Source: Nitrosopumilus sp. (GTDB taxonomy: Archaea > Thermoproteota > Nitrososphaeria > Nitrososphaerales > Nitrosopumilaceae). Taken from it: a stretch of DNA of 64,000 nt. Within the stretch, counting starts at the first letter, position 1; the number at the start of each line of letters is the position of its first letter. The stretch spans positions 1,184,001 to 1,248,000 of the forward strand of contig OZ242041.1 of assembly GCA_965205215.1 (NCBI GenBank), written 5' to 3'. The translations under genes were made by a program, and so were the position numbers. Shown one piece after another: positions 10,346 to 20,318 of this stretch. The notes below the pieces were generated by a model. It searched no databases. It had not been told where the DNA came from and was given only the letters and a program-made list of their open reading frames with translations.

Positions 10346-11207
10346 CTACCTTTACCATCTTTGTCATTCTCTTGTACGACTCTCTGATGTCAGTGTGCTC
10401 CGCCAGGCGGTCCTGGCAGTCGGTGATGTATCCTATCACTTCGTCGGTCTTTGACTCCTGTACTGCGGTCAGTAGCCTGCCTATGTCCTTCCAGAATTCC
10501 TCGGCCACCCTCCTGATCTCGGGGTTTGCAATGATGGTCTCGATGAGCTCCGGGGACTCCGTCATTATGCTCTCGGCAAGCGTCTTTTGCAGCCGGAACG
10601 TGGTGCCCGACATCTTTTCTGTCAGCAGCACCTTTTCGTCCTTTGATATGATGTTTGCAAAGACCAGGTTGAGCAGGTGCGTGAGGCCCAGTATGACGGC
10701 TATCTTTTTGTCGTGCTCTGCGGCGTCTATCGTGACAAAGTTCGCGCCGGCAAACAGCGACTTTATCACGGTAAGCTCCTTCTTGGCGTCCCGTATCGGG
10801 ACCGATATTATGTTCTGCCCCTTTATGGTGCGGATCCCGGGCCCGAACATGGGGTGTATGCATATGGGGTTGACCTTGGCGGGCATCTTTGAGAGCGACG
10901 AGACCACCTTTGACTTTTCAGAGGATATCTCTATCAGGTAGGTGCCCTTTGGCATCTCCTTTGCAATCAGCCTTATGATCTCCGGCGTCCTTCTGGTAGG
11001 GGTGCACAGCACCACGTAGTCCGTGCTCAGCACGCCGGACACAAGCGACTGCGTCGTCTCTATGCCCTTGACGGTGACGTCCTTCTCAGAGTCGTATCCG
11101 GTCACGACAAAGCCCTGGTCAAGAAAGTACTTTGCAAACCAGCTGCCCATCTGGCCCCCGGCCCCTATCACCGTCAGGCGCCTGTTCTTCCTCCTTGCCG
11201 CCGCCAT
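10335..11207 (-). CDS. tyrA: prephenate/arogenate dehydrogenase
   Basis: IGAGGQMG Rossmann motif, HPMFGP, EHDK..A...LTH; in aro cluster. Confidence 0.9.
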   Translation of the reverse strand: MAAARRKNRRLTVIGAGGQMGSWFAKYFLDQGFVVTGYDSEKDVTVKGIETTQSLVSGVLSTDYVVLCTPTRRTPEIIRLIAKEMPKGTYLIEISSEKSKVVSSLSKMPAKVNPICIHPMFGPGIRTIKGQNIISVPIRDAKKELTVIKSLFAGANFVTIDAAEHDKKIAVILGLTHLLNLVFANIISKDEKVLLTEKMSGTTFRLQKTLAESIMTESPELIETIIANPEIRRVAEEFWKDIGRLLTAVQESKTDEVIGYITDCQDRLAEHTDIRESYKRMTKMVKVVEK

Positions 11208-12637
11208 TACATGTGACCTCCGTCTAACATGCTCTTTAATCTATTCATTCCCTCAATTAGTCTGTTTGTGTCCTCTCGTGCGGCCGATATCCTGATGTAG
11301 TCCCGGTAGTTCTCGCCGAATCCCGAGCCGGGAGCCACGGCAACCCCGTGCTCGGAGAGCAGCCGTTCTGCAAGGCGCGCCCCGTCCGTGCCGACCCGCG
11401 CAAACAGGTACATGGCGCCCTCCGGCTCCGCGTACTCCATGCCCATCTTGCGGGCCTCGGACGCAATGACGCCGAGCCTCTCTGATATGGTGCGGGCGTT
11501 GCCTGACACGTCCTGGCCGACGGCGGACAGCGCCGCGTGCTGCACGGGCGCAGGGACGCTTGTCATGCACAGCGACAGGAGCGAGGCAATCCCGTCGACT
11601 ACGTGCCCGTCTGCCATCGCATACCCGATGCGGAGCCCCGTCATGGCGTGCGACTTTGAAAAGGACTGGACCGCGATGGCGTTCTGGTACCCGTATGACG
11701 CGACGCTCCTCCACGGCTTGTCTCCCCTGACGTACTCTGAGTATATCTCGTCCCCCAGTACGTAGATGCCGCGGTCCGACGCAACCTCCATTATGCCGTC
11801 CATTATGTCCGGCCGCAGGACCGCGCCGGTGGGGTTGTTTGGATAGTTCAGTATTATCATCTTGGTGCTGGGGCTCACTGCATCCTGTATGTCCTGGACT
11901 GAGGGCATCCACGCCTCCTCAAGCGAGGCCTGCACGGCGCGCACCCTCGCCCCCACGTGCGCGGCGCAGTCCCTGTACGCGGGCCATGCGGGCTCCACCG
12001 TTATGACCTCGTCGCCGGGGCCCAAGAGCGCGGACATGGCGGCGAACACCGCAAAGCGGCCCCCCGGGGTGACCACTATGTTGCCCGGCCCCACACTGGC
12101 GCCAAACCTCTTGGAGCCGTACTCGGCAAGGGCGTCTAGGAGCGCCGGCACCCCCCTGGGGCCCTCGTACCTGATGTGCCCCCTGCCGTACGACTCGGAG
12201 AGCGCGGTCGCCACCGAGTCTGGCGGCATATAGTCCGGTTCGCCCACCTCCATGTGGATTATCTGCTTGCCCTCCTCTTCCTCCAGCCTCTTTGCGGCCT
12301 GGAATACGGACAGGTGCGTGGGGCCGCCCTTCCCGTCCCTGCGGTGCTGCGACTGTATTGTCGTGGACTCGTCGAGCAGAAAGTTCAGGAACCTGGATAC
12401 CGCGGCCTCTTGCGGCGCCGGATCCCCCGCGCTGCCCCCAAATTCTTTCCTGCACGCGTCAAGCACGACGCCGCGGAGCTGCTCCTCCCTGGACTCGTCG
12501 GTGATCCCCCTGCCGAGCTCTTTTTTGGCCCTGCCTATGTCAGATGAAATCTGGGCCCTCCTGACGAAGAGCTTGGCCATCTCAACCGTGACGCGGCCGA
12601 TCTCCTCTCGCAGCTCGCCCAGCTCGTCTTCTGTCAT
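11207..12637 (-). CDS. chorismate mutase-like domain fused to class I/II (aspartate/aromatic) aminotransferase
   Basis: N-terminal CM_2-like helices (LR..I...R...IG..K...D..RE); GEPD, NYPNNPTG, DEIY, SFSKSHAMTGLRIG; ATGA overlap with aroC. Confidence 0.9.
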   Translation of the reverse strand: MTEDELGELREEIGRVTVEMAKLFVRRAQISSDIGRAKKELGRGITDESREEQLRGVVLDACRKEFGGSAGDPAPQEAAVSRFLNFLLDESTTIQSQHRRDGKGGPTHLSVFQAAKRLEEEEGKQIIHMEVGEPDYMPPDSVATALSESYGRGHIRYEGPRGVPALLDALAEYGSKRFGASVGPGNIVVTPGGRFAVFAAMSALLGPGDEVITVEPAWPAYRDCAAHVGARVRAVQASLEEAWMPSVQDIQDAVSPSTKMIILNYPNNPTGAVLRPDIMDGIMEVASDRGIYVLGDEIYSEYVRGDKPWRSVASYGYQNAIAVQSFSKSHAMTGLRIGYAMADGHVVDGIASLLSLCMTSVPAPVQHAALSAVGQDVSGNARTISERLGVIASEARKMGMEYAEPEGAMYLFARVGTDGARLAERLLSEHGVAVAPGSGFGENYRDYIRISAAREDTNRLIEGMNRLKSMLDGGHM

Positions 12638-13779
12638 TTTTCTAGCACCGGCTTGATGTGTCTTGATACCAGCGCGTGGTCTGCAACCACAAGCGAGACC
12701 AGCGCGTCGACCACGGGCGGCGCCCGGGGCACCACGCACGGATCGTGCCTGCCCACCACGCGCAGGGTGTCACTGCTCATGGTGTCGACGTTTACCGTGG
12801 GTTGGTCCTGCGGTATGGACGACGTGGGCTTGAATGCCACGCGCATCGTTATGGGCATGCCGTTTGATATGCCGCCCAGTATGCCGCCTGAGTTGTTCGT
12901 GTGGGTGACGACCCTCTTCGTGCCGTCCCCGTCCTCCGTCACGTAGTACGCGTCGTTGTTCTGGGAGCCCCATGTTCTGGAGCCGGCAAACCCGGATCCG
13001 AACTCGACGCCCTTTACCGACGGGATGGAGAACATGGCCGCGCTGAGGTCGGACTCAAGCGAGCCGAAGACGGGCTCGCCGAGTCCCACGGGGAGGCCTG
13101 TCGTAACCGACCTTATGACGCCGCCAAGCGAGTTGCCCTTCTTCTTCACGTCCAGTATGGACTTCCTCATGGCCTCTGCCGCCTCCGGGTCCGGGCACCT
13201 CGCCTCGTTTCCATATATCTGGGACTGGTCGTAGCAGCGCTCGGGGCCGCTGCGTGCGGCCGCCCCGCCGGCCTGGCCGCCCATCGCGATGCTCCCTATC
13301 TGCTGCACGTAGGAGCAGGTCTCGACGCCCAGCGACTCCCTGAGGAGCTTTCTTGCAATCGCGCCGCCCATCACGTGCGTGGCAGTCAGCCTGCCGGAGA
13401 ACCTGCCGCCGCCCCTGTAGTCGTTGAAGCGGCCGTACTTTACCATGGCCGTATAGTCTGCGTGCCCCGGCCTCGGCTTGATCTGCATGCCTTCATAGTC
13501 CCCCGAGCGCTGGTCGGAGTTTCTCATGATTATCGTAATGGGCGCGCCCGTCGTGCGCCCGCGGTACGTTCCTGAGATGATCTCGGCCCTGTCCTTCTCC
13601 GCGCGCTGCGTCGTAATGGCGCTCTGTCCGGGGCTCCTCCAGTCCAGCATGGGTTGTATGTCGCCCTCTGCGAGTTCCAGTCCCGCCGGGCACCCGTCAA
13701 GCGTGGCGCCAATCTGCTGGCCGTGGCTCTCGCCGAAGCTTGTGAGTACGAGTCTCTGGCCCATGCTGTTTCGGGACAC
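12634..13779 (-). CDS. aroC: chorismate synthase
   Basis: SFGESHG, RPGHAD, GGGRFSGR, GGILGGISNG, GRHDPC; GTG start inferred. Confidence 0.96.
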   Translation of the reverse strand: MSRNSMGQRLVLTSFGESHGQQIGATLDGCPAGLELAEGDIQPMLDWRSPGQSAITTQRAEKDRAEIISGTYRGRTTGAPITIIMRNSDQRSGDYEGMQIKPRPGHADYTAMVKYGRFNDYRGGGRFSGRLTATHVMGGAIARKLLRESLGVETCSYVQQIGSIAMGGQAGGAAARSGPERCYDQSQIYGNEARCPDPEAAEAMRKSILDVKKKGNSLGGVIRSVTTGLPVGLGEPVFGSLESDLSAAMFSIPSVKGVEFGSGFAGSRTWGSQNNDAYYVTEDGDGTKRVVTHTNNSGGILGGISNGMPITMRVAFKPTSSIPQDQPTVNVDTMSSDTLRVVGRHDPCVVPRAPPVVDALVSLVVADHALVSRHIKPVLEK

Positions 13780-13932
13780 GCATGTGGTATCGTGCACGTG
13801 CTTATAATTCCTAATAATTGCGGGGCGGCAGTCGGGGCCGTACCTCTTGATCCTGCCGCCGCCGCCGCGGCCGTACTGTCCCCGCAGCCCTGCAGCACAA
13901 TATGTCGTCATACTAAGGCGCAGGCGCCGCGC

Positions 13933-15312
13933 TCACTCGGCGTCCGTTATGCGGGCGCCCAGCGCCACCATGTCCCTTATGAATCCGGGATATGACACGG
14001 AGACCGAGCCGGGGTCCGATATCACGTACTCGCCGCCCGCCCGCATGGCCGCTATGCAGAGCGCCATGAAGAGCCTGTGGTCATTTTCCGGATTCAGGCG
14101 CGTGGCGTCGCCGCCGCCGTCCCGAGGCGTCGCCGCGCTTGCGTCTACCACCAGCCCGTCCTCCCGCTCATCTACGCCCACTCCGAGCTTTGGAAGCTCC
14201 CTTGCCAGTATGGATATCCTGTCCGTCTCCTTTATGCGCGCGTGCCCCACGTTGGATATCTCGAGGCTGCCTCCGCATCCGAGCGCCATTATGGCAAGCG
14301 GTGGCAGCAGGTCCGGGTGGTTTCCAAGGTCAAACTTGCCTCCCCTCAGGCCGCCGTCCGGCATGCCGACGCGCACCGTCTCGCCGCTTGCCGTATCTGT
14401 TATCTCTATGGACGCCCCCATCGACTCGAGCATGTCTATGAACGCCTCGTCCCCCTGCGGGAGCGCCCCCATCTGGGCCTCGACTGCGACGTTCCCGTCG
14501 TTGAGGGCGGAGGCCGCCAGCAGCAGGGCCAGGCTGGAGGCGTCGGACGGCACGGCAAACCCGCCTGCAGGCGGGCTGATTCTCTGCGGCGCTATGCGGT
14601 ACATCCTGTAGGGCACCTGGGTCTGGACCGACACGCCAAACTCGCGCATCGCGCTGATGGTGGACTCTATGTAGGGCCTTGAGACCATGCCCCCCGTTAT
14701 CGTGATGCTCATCCCCGAGTCCGTCTTGGGCGCGCACAGGAACAGCGACGTGACAAACTGGCTTGAGACGTTTCCCGGTATCTCCACGGCGCCTCCCCGT
14801 ATGGGCCCGCGTATGCGCATCGGGGGGCGGCCGTCCGCGGAACTGCACGAGGCGCCCATTGTGGAGAGCGCGTCGAGCAGCGGCTGCATGGGGCGGGTCC
14901 TGAGGCTGGAGTCCCCCGTGAGCTCGACGCGCCCGTCAAGCAGGGCCGCCACCCCCGCGGCAATCCTGATTGTGGTGCCGGAGTTTGCCGCGTCAATCTG
15001 TGTGATCTCTGCGCCGTCCGCCCCCGCCGCCGCGCCGCCGGGGCTGCGGGCCTTCCGTATGGTGTCCGTGACGGTAAGGGTGCCCGCCTCTGTGTCGTTG
15101 CCGTGATCTGCTTCTACCGTGATTGACGCGCCCAGCCTCCTGCACGCCTCGATGGTGGCGTCCGTATCGGCCGAGCGCAGGACGTTTGACACCCTTCCGC
15201 CCCCGGAGTCGGCGAGGGCGGCCAAGAATATGGCCCTGTGCGTATAGCTCTTGCTTGGGGGGCACCTGACGACCCCCGAGAGCGCGGACCTTGACACGCT
15301 ACAGTGTGTCAT
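13933..15312 (-). CDS. aroA: 3-phosphoshikimate 1-carboxyvinyltransferase
   Basis: PPSKSYTHRA, NSGTT.R, SSQF, KETDR, DHR motifs. Confidence 0.96.
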   Translation of the reverse strand: MTHCSVSRSALSGVVRCPPSKSYTHRAIFLAALADSGGGRVSNVLRSADTDATIEACRRLGASITVEADHGNDTEAGTLTVTDTIRKARSPGGAAAGADGAEITQIDAANSGTTIRIAAGVAALLDGRVELTGDSSLRTRPMQPLLDALSTMGASCSSADGRPPMRIRGPIRGGAVEIPGNVSSQFVTSLFLCAPKTDSGMSITITGGMVSRPYIESTISAMREFGVSVQTQVPYRMYRIAPQRISPPAGGFAVPSDASSLALLLAASALNDGNVAVEAQMGALPQGDEAFIDMLESMGASIEITDTASGETVRVGMPDGGLRGGKFDLGNHPDLLPPLAIMALGCGGSLEISNVGHARIKETDRISILARELPKLGVGVDEREDGLVVDASAATPRDGGGDATRLNPENDHRLFMALCIAAMRAGGEYVISDPGSVSVSYPGFIRDMVALGARITDAE

Positions 15313-16267
15313 GGGCCTCTGCCTTCTTGTTGCTCAGTCCGGACACTATCGTCCTGCCTTCCATCGAGGCGGCAAACACCTTGCTGACCCCCTGCACGTC
15401 GGCGTCCTTGGCGACGGCGGCAATGGCGGGGCCGTTTCCGGACACGGACGCGGCCAAGGCCCCCTTCTCGGCCAGCCTGGCCACGAGCTCGGGGTCGGAG
15501 CCGAGCACGGACGCGGTCGCCAGCCCGTTTACGGTCATGGCCTTCCAGTACTCCGCCCGCTTTGCCAGCCCCCATGCGCCGTCAAAGGCCTCCCTGAGCA
15601 GCCTGAGCCTCTTGAGGTTTCCGCGCCTCCTGCTCTTTGGTATGAATATCACCGCCGACATGCCGCGGGGCGCGCGCTGGTGCCGCACGAGGCGCCGCCT
15701 CGCGTTGTCGGTTACGTTGAACCCCCCGTAGTAGCACGAGCAGGCGTCGTCGTACGCCCCCGTGATGCTTACCTTTGACGCGATGGACGCCTCCACGCCT
15801 GCAAGGAGTATCTGGTGATCCGACATGCGGAGCCCGAACGCCCTGTCGCATGCGAGGGCCACGGCAGACGATATGGCGCTCGAGCTCTTCAGTCCAAAGC
15901 CGGCGGGCATCTCAGATGATATTGCTATCTCTATCCTGTTTGACTCGAGCTCGGGCTTTGGGACGACGCGCTGCACGGTCTTCTGTATCAGCCTCGAGCT
16001 GAACGGGTGGTTCGGCCGCCGCCTGCCCCCACCGGGGCGCCTCTCGCCCTCCTTCCGCCCGTCCTTTCTTGTCACCGTGATCCCGCTCCTGCCTGGCACT
16101 ACAAGCACGTCGGCCTCCACCCTGAGCGCCACGCCGAGGGTGGCCCCCTTTCTGGTGGCCAGTGCGTTTACTATTGATATGGCGCCGTGCACGGTGGCGC
16201 TTGCGCCCTTCTGCCCCCGCGCCGCCTCTGCTGCTCTCTCCATTTTCCTCTCTCCTCCGGCCGTCAT
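15299..16267 (-). CDS. aroK: archaeal shikimate kinase (GHMP family)
   Basis: GAISIVNA, P.GFGLKSSSA, SITGAYDDA, SGNGP; ATGA overlap with aroE. Confidence 0.93.
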   Translation of the reverse strand: MTAGGERKMERAAEAARGQKGASATVHGAISIVNALATRKGATLGVALRVEADVLVVPGRSGITVTRKDGRKEGERRPGGGRRRPNHPFSSRLIQKTVQRVVPKPELESNRIEIAISSEMPAGFGLKSSSAISSAVALACDRAFGLRMSDHQILLAGVEASIASKVSITGAYDDACSCYYGGFNVTDNARRRLVRHQRAPRGMSAVIFIPKSRRRGNLKRLRLLREAFDGAWGLAKRAEYWKAMTVNGLATASVLGSDPELVARLAEKGALAASVSGNGPAIAAVAKDADVQGVSKVFAASMEGRTIVSGLSNKKAEAHDTL

Positions 16268-17151
16268 ACCCCTACTCCCAGAAGGGCCCTCTTCATCGCG
16301 TCCCTGGGGGCCTCGACCCCGTGCCATATCTCAAAGGCCCTGGCGGCCTGCCCCAGCAGCATCTCGTATCCCATTATGCACGTAGCGCCCCTCTCCTTGC
16401 CCTTCTGTATGAGGTCGGTCTTCATGGGCATGTATACCGTGTCGTATACGATGTCGTCCCTATTAATGGACTCTGGGGATACCGGGATGATCTTCTCGGC
16501 CGATGCCGGCAGCCCTATCGAGGTGGCGTTGATTATCACGTTGCACCCCTTCGCGGCCTGGTCGGCCTCCGACAGCGGGACGGCCCTGGCGTCGGGCAGG
16601 CCCGCGAGTCCTGCAAGTCTGGCCATCTCCGAGGCGGCCTCCGGGGTGCGGTTTGCAATGGTAATCTCCGATGCGCCCCCGAGTCTTGCCAGGGCCGCGA
16701 TGACGGCCCTCGCGGCGCCTCCCGCGCCCAGCAGCAGCACCGAGGCTCCTTTGAGGCTGATTGACCTCCTGCGGAGCGGATCTGCAAACCCCTCGACGTC
16801 GGTGTTGTACCCCTTGAGCGACCCGTCGCCGGCAACCTCCACCGTGTTTGCGGCGCCCACCATGCTGCACGTCTCGTCCGTCTTTGACAGGTGGCGCATA
16901 ATCTCCACCTTGTGGGGTATGGTGACGTTGAATCCGGAAATCCCTATCTTTAGGAGTGACTCGATTCCGTGCGCAAGCTCACCCCTTGGTATGCGGTATG
17001 CTATGTACGAGCAGTCGCCCATTCCCAGTTGCCTGAACGCGGCGCTGTGCATGTGCGGCGAGAGCGAGTGATCGATTGGATCCCCAATCACGGCAAATGT
17101 TCGTGGCACTGTATGTGCGGACACGGCTCTTGATTTAAACTCAGGGGTCAT
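16264..17151 (-). CDS. aroE: shikimate dehydrogenase
   Basis: GDPIDHSLSP.MH, NVTIPHK, GAANT, NTD, GAGGAA, NATS. Confidence 0.95.
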   Translation of the reverse strand: MTPEFKSRAVSAHTVPRTFAVIGDPIDHSLSPHMHSAAFRQLGMGDCSYIAYRIPRGELAHGIESLLKIGISGFNVTIPHKVEIMRHLSKTDETCSMVGAANTVEVAGDGSLKGYNTDVEGFADPLRRRSISLKGASVLLLGAGGAARAVIAALARLGGASEITIANRTPEAASEMARLAGLAGLPDARAVPLSEADQAAKGCNVIINATSIGLPASAEKIIPVSPESINRDDIVYDTVYMPMKTDLIQKGKERGATCIMGYEMLLGQAARAFEIWHGVEAPRDAMKRALLGVGV

Positions 17152-17475
17152 CTTTTAGACGGCCGCGGTTCTGCCGCGTGTAGTTGTTAAAACCTGGCCA
17201 GCTTCCGCCTGCCGCGTGATGCCGCGGGCGGCCCTGATTGGCCGCCGCGCGGTCCGCTGGCATGCGCCGGGCCCTTTGTGCCGGCGGCGCATACGCGGCG
17301 CGCTGAGGTCCTGCGGCCTGCGGTTGTGGGTTTTCTCATCCGCGTTGCGCCGACATGCCCGGCGGTGCAAGGCGGCGACCGCGATTCGGGCCGCGCTGCA
17401 GCGGGATCATGGCGGAGTTGGGGGATGGGGACAGGCCGGCAAGGGCCGGCGCCGGCCGCGCGCAGCATGCGGCCG

Positions 17476-17937
17476 TCATGCGGTTCTCGCATCGTTGCCG
17501 CCACTGCCTCCGTCTGTGACGCCCCTGGCTTTTTCAAGGGCCGAAAGTACGCCCTCGATTGAATCCAGTATCGCAATCTCCCTTTTCCTGTCAGTCTCCG
17601 ACTCAAGCTCGCCGGCAAGCGACTCGAGCTTTTTCTCCAGAACGTCGATCAGGTTGCGCCGCTGCTGCCCCCGTAGTTGCGCGCGTGCGTCCGTCCTCTT
17701 TGCGCCTGCATGGTCTTCCGCACCACTGCCGCTGTCCTGGGGGGGCGTTATAGGCACGTCCCGTCTCTCCGGTTCTTGTCCGCAGCTGACGCACAGCGCG
17801 TCGCCGTCCTTGATCACCCTGACGCCCCCGCAGTAGGGGCATGGGTGCCCCAGCAGGGTGGCCCCGGCAAGCAGCATCTCCGCGGCGCGCCTGACGCGCT
17901 CCCTCTCTTTCTCTCCGCCGCCGTCCTTGTGCGCCAA
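17476..17937 (-). CDS. Sjogren/scleroderma autoantigen 1 (Auto_anti-p27) zinc-ribbon protein
   Basis: A..LL.GATLL..PCP.CG...CV.C motif plus C-terminal coiled coil; start uncertain. Confidence 0.8.
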   Translation of the reverse strand: MAHKDGGGEKERERVRRAAEMLLAGATLLGHPCPYCGGVRVIKDGDALCVSCGQEPERRDVPITPPQDSGSGAEDHAGAKRTDARAQLRGQQRRNLIDVLEKKLESLAGELESETDRKREIAILDSIEGVLSALEKARGVTDGGSGGNDARTA

Positions 17938-18206
17938 CGCGCCCCGTATGACACGGGCGCTAAAAAACTGTGCCGTCCATCCTTCCGAGTCGATGCCGCT
18001 TGCCGCGAGACCCGTGCGCCAGTCTTCTCTGCGCCGCCTCTTGCCGATGACCGCGCCGGGTTTCATTAATCCGTGCATGCGGCCGCCTGCAAACCGTTTT
18101 CAGAGAATCATGGTATGAATTAAGCATCCCTGCCTGAGCCTGATCGAGGCGTCAAAATTTGTGCGTAATTTTTGATATTTTTATGGACAGGCGATCCGCA
18201 CGAATC

Positions 18207-19954
18207 TAGCGTGTTGCATAATTCGTCGACCTCCTTGGCAAAATGCCATCCTCGCTTGACGATCACAGGGTTGCTGTGGCGCGCGCCAGGTGTGCCGACC
18301 GCATTGCAGGGCCCCCGCCGCAACGTCTTGTTTCTGGACGAGGTTCGTCGGCTGCAGGCTGCCCGCATGCGCATGGCATGCGGCGGGAGGCAGGCGGCGA
18401 TCGGCCTGGGCCGGTCAGGCCTCCGCGGCCGCCTCCCTGCCGACCCGTAGCATCGTGTTGTACGTGCGGATCTTCAGCCGGATCTCCTGGCGTATGTACC
18501 CCAGCTTCCTTGCCATTACGGAGCCGCCGTACGTCCTCTTGAACGCCGATATGACAATCTCTACAAGCCACCGGGTCCCGTAGCCGACTAGCTTCTTCCA
18601 CTCTTTGCGGTTCCTTTCGCGCTCCGCCTCGTCCATGGCGGCGTACTCCTCGGCCGTAACGCCGGATCCTCCCCCGAGCTGCTCGAGCACCGCCTCGGCC
18701 CGCGCCCTGTCCGTTCCGTCCGCCCTGCAGTTGGCGTTCTTGCGGACGCGTATGCGCGTCCGGATGCCCAGCCTCCTGCACTCCGAAAAGATCTCCCTGC
18801 TGTCGTACCCGCCGTCGGCCATCAGCGTGATGGCGGCGTACGTCCTGCCGCGGCTGTTTTTCTGCCCCGAGACCGCCTTGCGCCTCCCGTCAGGATCCAC
18901 CCCCATGTTTGCCAGGGCGTTTTCCAGGAGCGGCCTGAACACGGTGGGCTCGCCTACCGAGTCGTCCGTGAGCTCGAACGCGACGATCTCCAGCGTCTTC
19001 TTGTTGATCATTATCGTAAGCCTGAAAAAGCCGCGCTTCAGCCTGTGCGTGACGCGCAGGTACTCGCTGCGCACGGCGGGCGTCATACCGGTACCGTCCG
19101 GGACAAGGTCTATCGCGACGTCCTCGCATGTGACGCCTGAGAGGCTCCCCCCTATGGGCGCGTCCTGGGAGCTGATCCTCCTGAATATGGTGGTGAACTC
19201 GGGGCCCCCGCCGTCCGCGAACGCGGCCGCCATGCCCTCGCACCCCCTAAAGTCGAGCTGCAGCCTGTCGCGCAGGAACGATATGGCCGCCACCATGCTG
19301 TGCGTGTACTTGTAGGGGCGGCCGCGCTTTTTGTGGTTCATGGCGGCCAGCTCGGCGTCGTTCCGGCGGAGATCGGCCAGCTGGCGCAGCACCCCGAAAA
19401 GGTGCCTTGCCCGTCCCACGTACCTGGCGTTGGTCCTGCGCCAGGATTCCTGCCTCGGCCTTTTCCTGCCGGGCCTCGCCCTTCCCGCCTTGCTCCCGTC
19501 CGCGTCCCCGCTCACGCCGCACCCGCCGCACCCGGCCCCGGGGGATGCCGCAGCGCGCAGCTGCCGTTAAATTCGCGCCCCGTGACATGCAGTTGCATGT
19601 GCGTTGATCCCATCATTAGTTAGCCGGTGGGATCTCGCATCGTGCATATTTAACCACCCGCGCCTGTCAGCTGAAGCCGCACCCGCGGCACGGCCCGTTA
19701 AATACGGCCCCGGACAATACGTGTCGGTACCCGCAGGGCGTCAAGGCGCGTAACGCGCCGTGCCTTGCCCGTACTCTCCGCAGGCCTGGAAGCGCGGCTT
19801 GCTTGCCGCCTGTTGCCGGGGAACCGTACCGGCACCATGGCGCGGAGGCACGCAGTACGTCCTGTTCGGTTTGCGGGGCAGCCGAGCGGCCTGCACCATG
19901 CTGCAGAGCCGCACCCTTCGAGCGGGGCAGCTTGGGGAATTATGCAACACGCTA
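18207..19954 (-). mobile_element. complete IS5-family insertion sequence (1748 bp)
   Basis: Perfect 18-bp TIRs TAGCGTGTTGCATAATTC (18207-18224 and 19937-19954); 8-bp TSD CACGAATC (18199-18206 and 19955-19962). Confidence 0.95.
18415..19515 (-). CDS. IS5-family DDE transposase
   Basis: GRPY.Y, P.FTTI.RR, DGTG, ADGGYD, Y..RWLVE...S.FKR. Confidence 0.92.
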   Translation of the reverse strand: MSGDADGSKAGRARPGRKRPRQESWRRTNARYVGRARHLFGVLRQLADLRRNDAELAAMNHKKRGRPYKYTHSMVAAISFLRDRLQLDFRGCEGMAAAFADGGGPEFTTIFRRISSQDAPIGGSLSGVTCEDVAIDLVPDGTGMTPAVRSEYLRVTHRLKRGFFRLTIMINKKTLEIVAFELTDDSVGEPTVFRPLLENALANMGVDPDGRRKAVSGQKNSRGRTYAAITLMADGGYDSREIFSECRRLGIRTRIRVRKNANCRADGTDRARAEAVLEQLGGGSGVTAEEYAAMDEAERERNRKEWKKLVGYGTRWLVEIVISAFKRTYGGSVMARKLGYIRQEIRLKIRTYNTMLRVGREAAAEA

Positions 19955-20008
19955 CACGAATCACGATCCTCAAACCTTAATAGCATGTGATGCCAATTGG
20001 TAACGAAC

Positions 20009-20317
20009 GTGGCGGTAATCTGTAATACGTGTGGCCTACCCGATGACTTATGCGCATGCGGGGAGCTTGCCAAGGACAGCACCAAGATTATAATCAGGCT
20101 GGAGACGCGGCGCTTTAAGAAGAAGGGGACGATGATCGAGGGGCTTGATCCCAAGATCAACAGCCTTGAGACGGTCGCGAAGGATCTCAAAAACAAGTAC
20201 GCCTGCGGCGGAACGGCAAAAGAGGGATACATCTTTCTGCAGGGCGACCACCGCGACACGATAAAGGACACGCTGGTCTCGCTCGGCTTTGCCGAGGAGA
20301 GCATAGAGCTGCATTGA
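20009..20317 (+). CDS. translation initiation factor aIF-1 (SUI1 family)
   Basis: C..CGLP.DLC.C, LK...ACGGT.K, LQGDHR. Confidence 0.95.
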   Translation: MAVICNTCGLPDDLCACGELAKDSTKIIIRLETRRFKKKGTMIEGLDPKINSLETVAKDLKNKYACGGTAKEGYIFLQGDHRDTIKDTLVSLGFAEESIELH

Positions 20318-20318
20318 G

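Noticed and set aside
10335-17151. aro cluster with CM-aminotransferase fusion (and XPB-Bax1 at 23194-26604) as novelties
   Set aside because: These are known, conserved archaeal arrangements.
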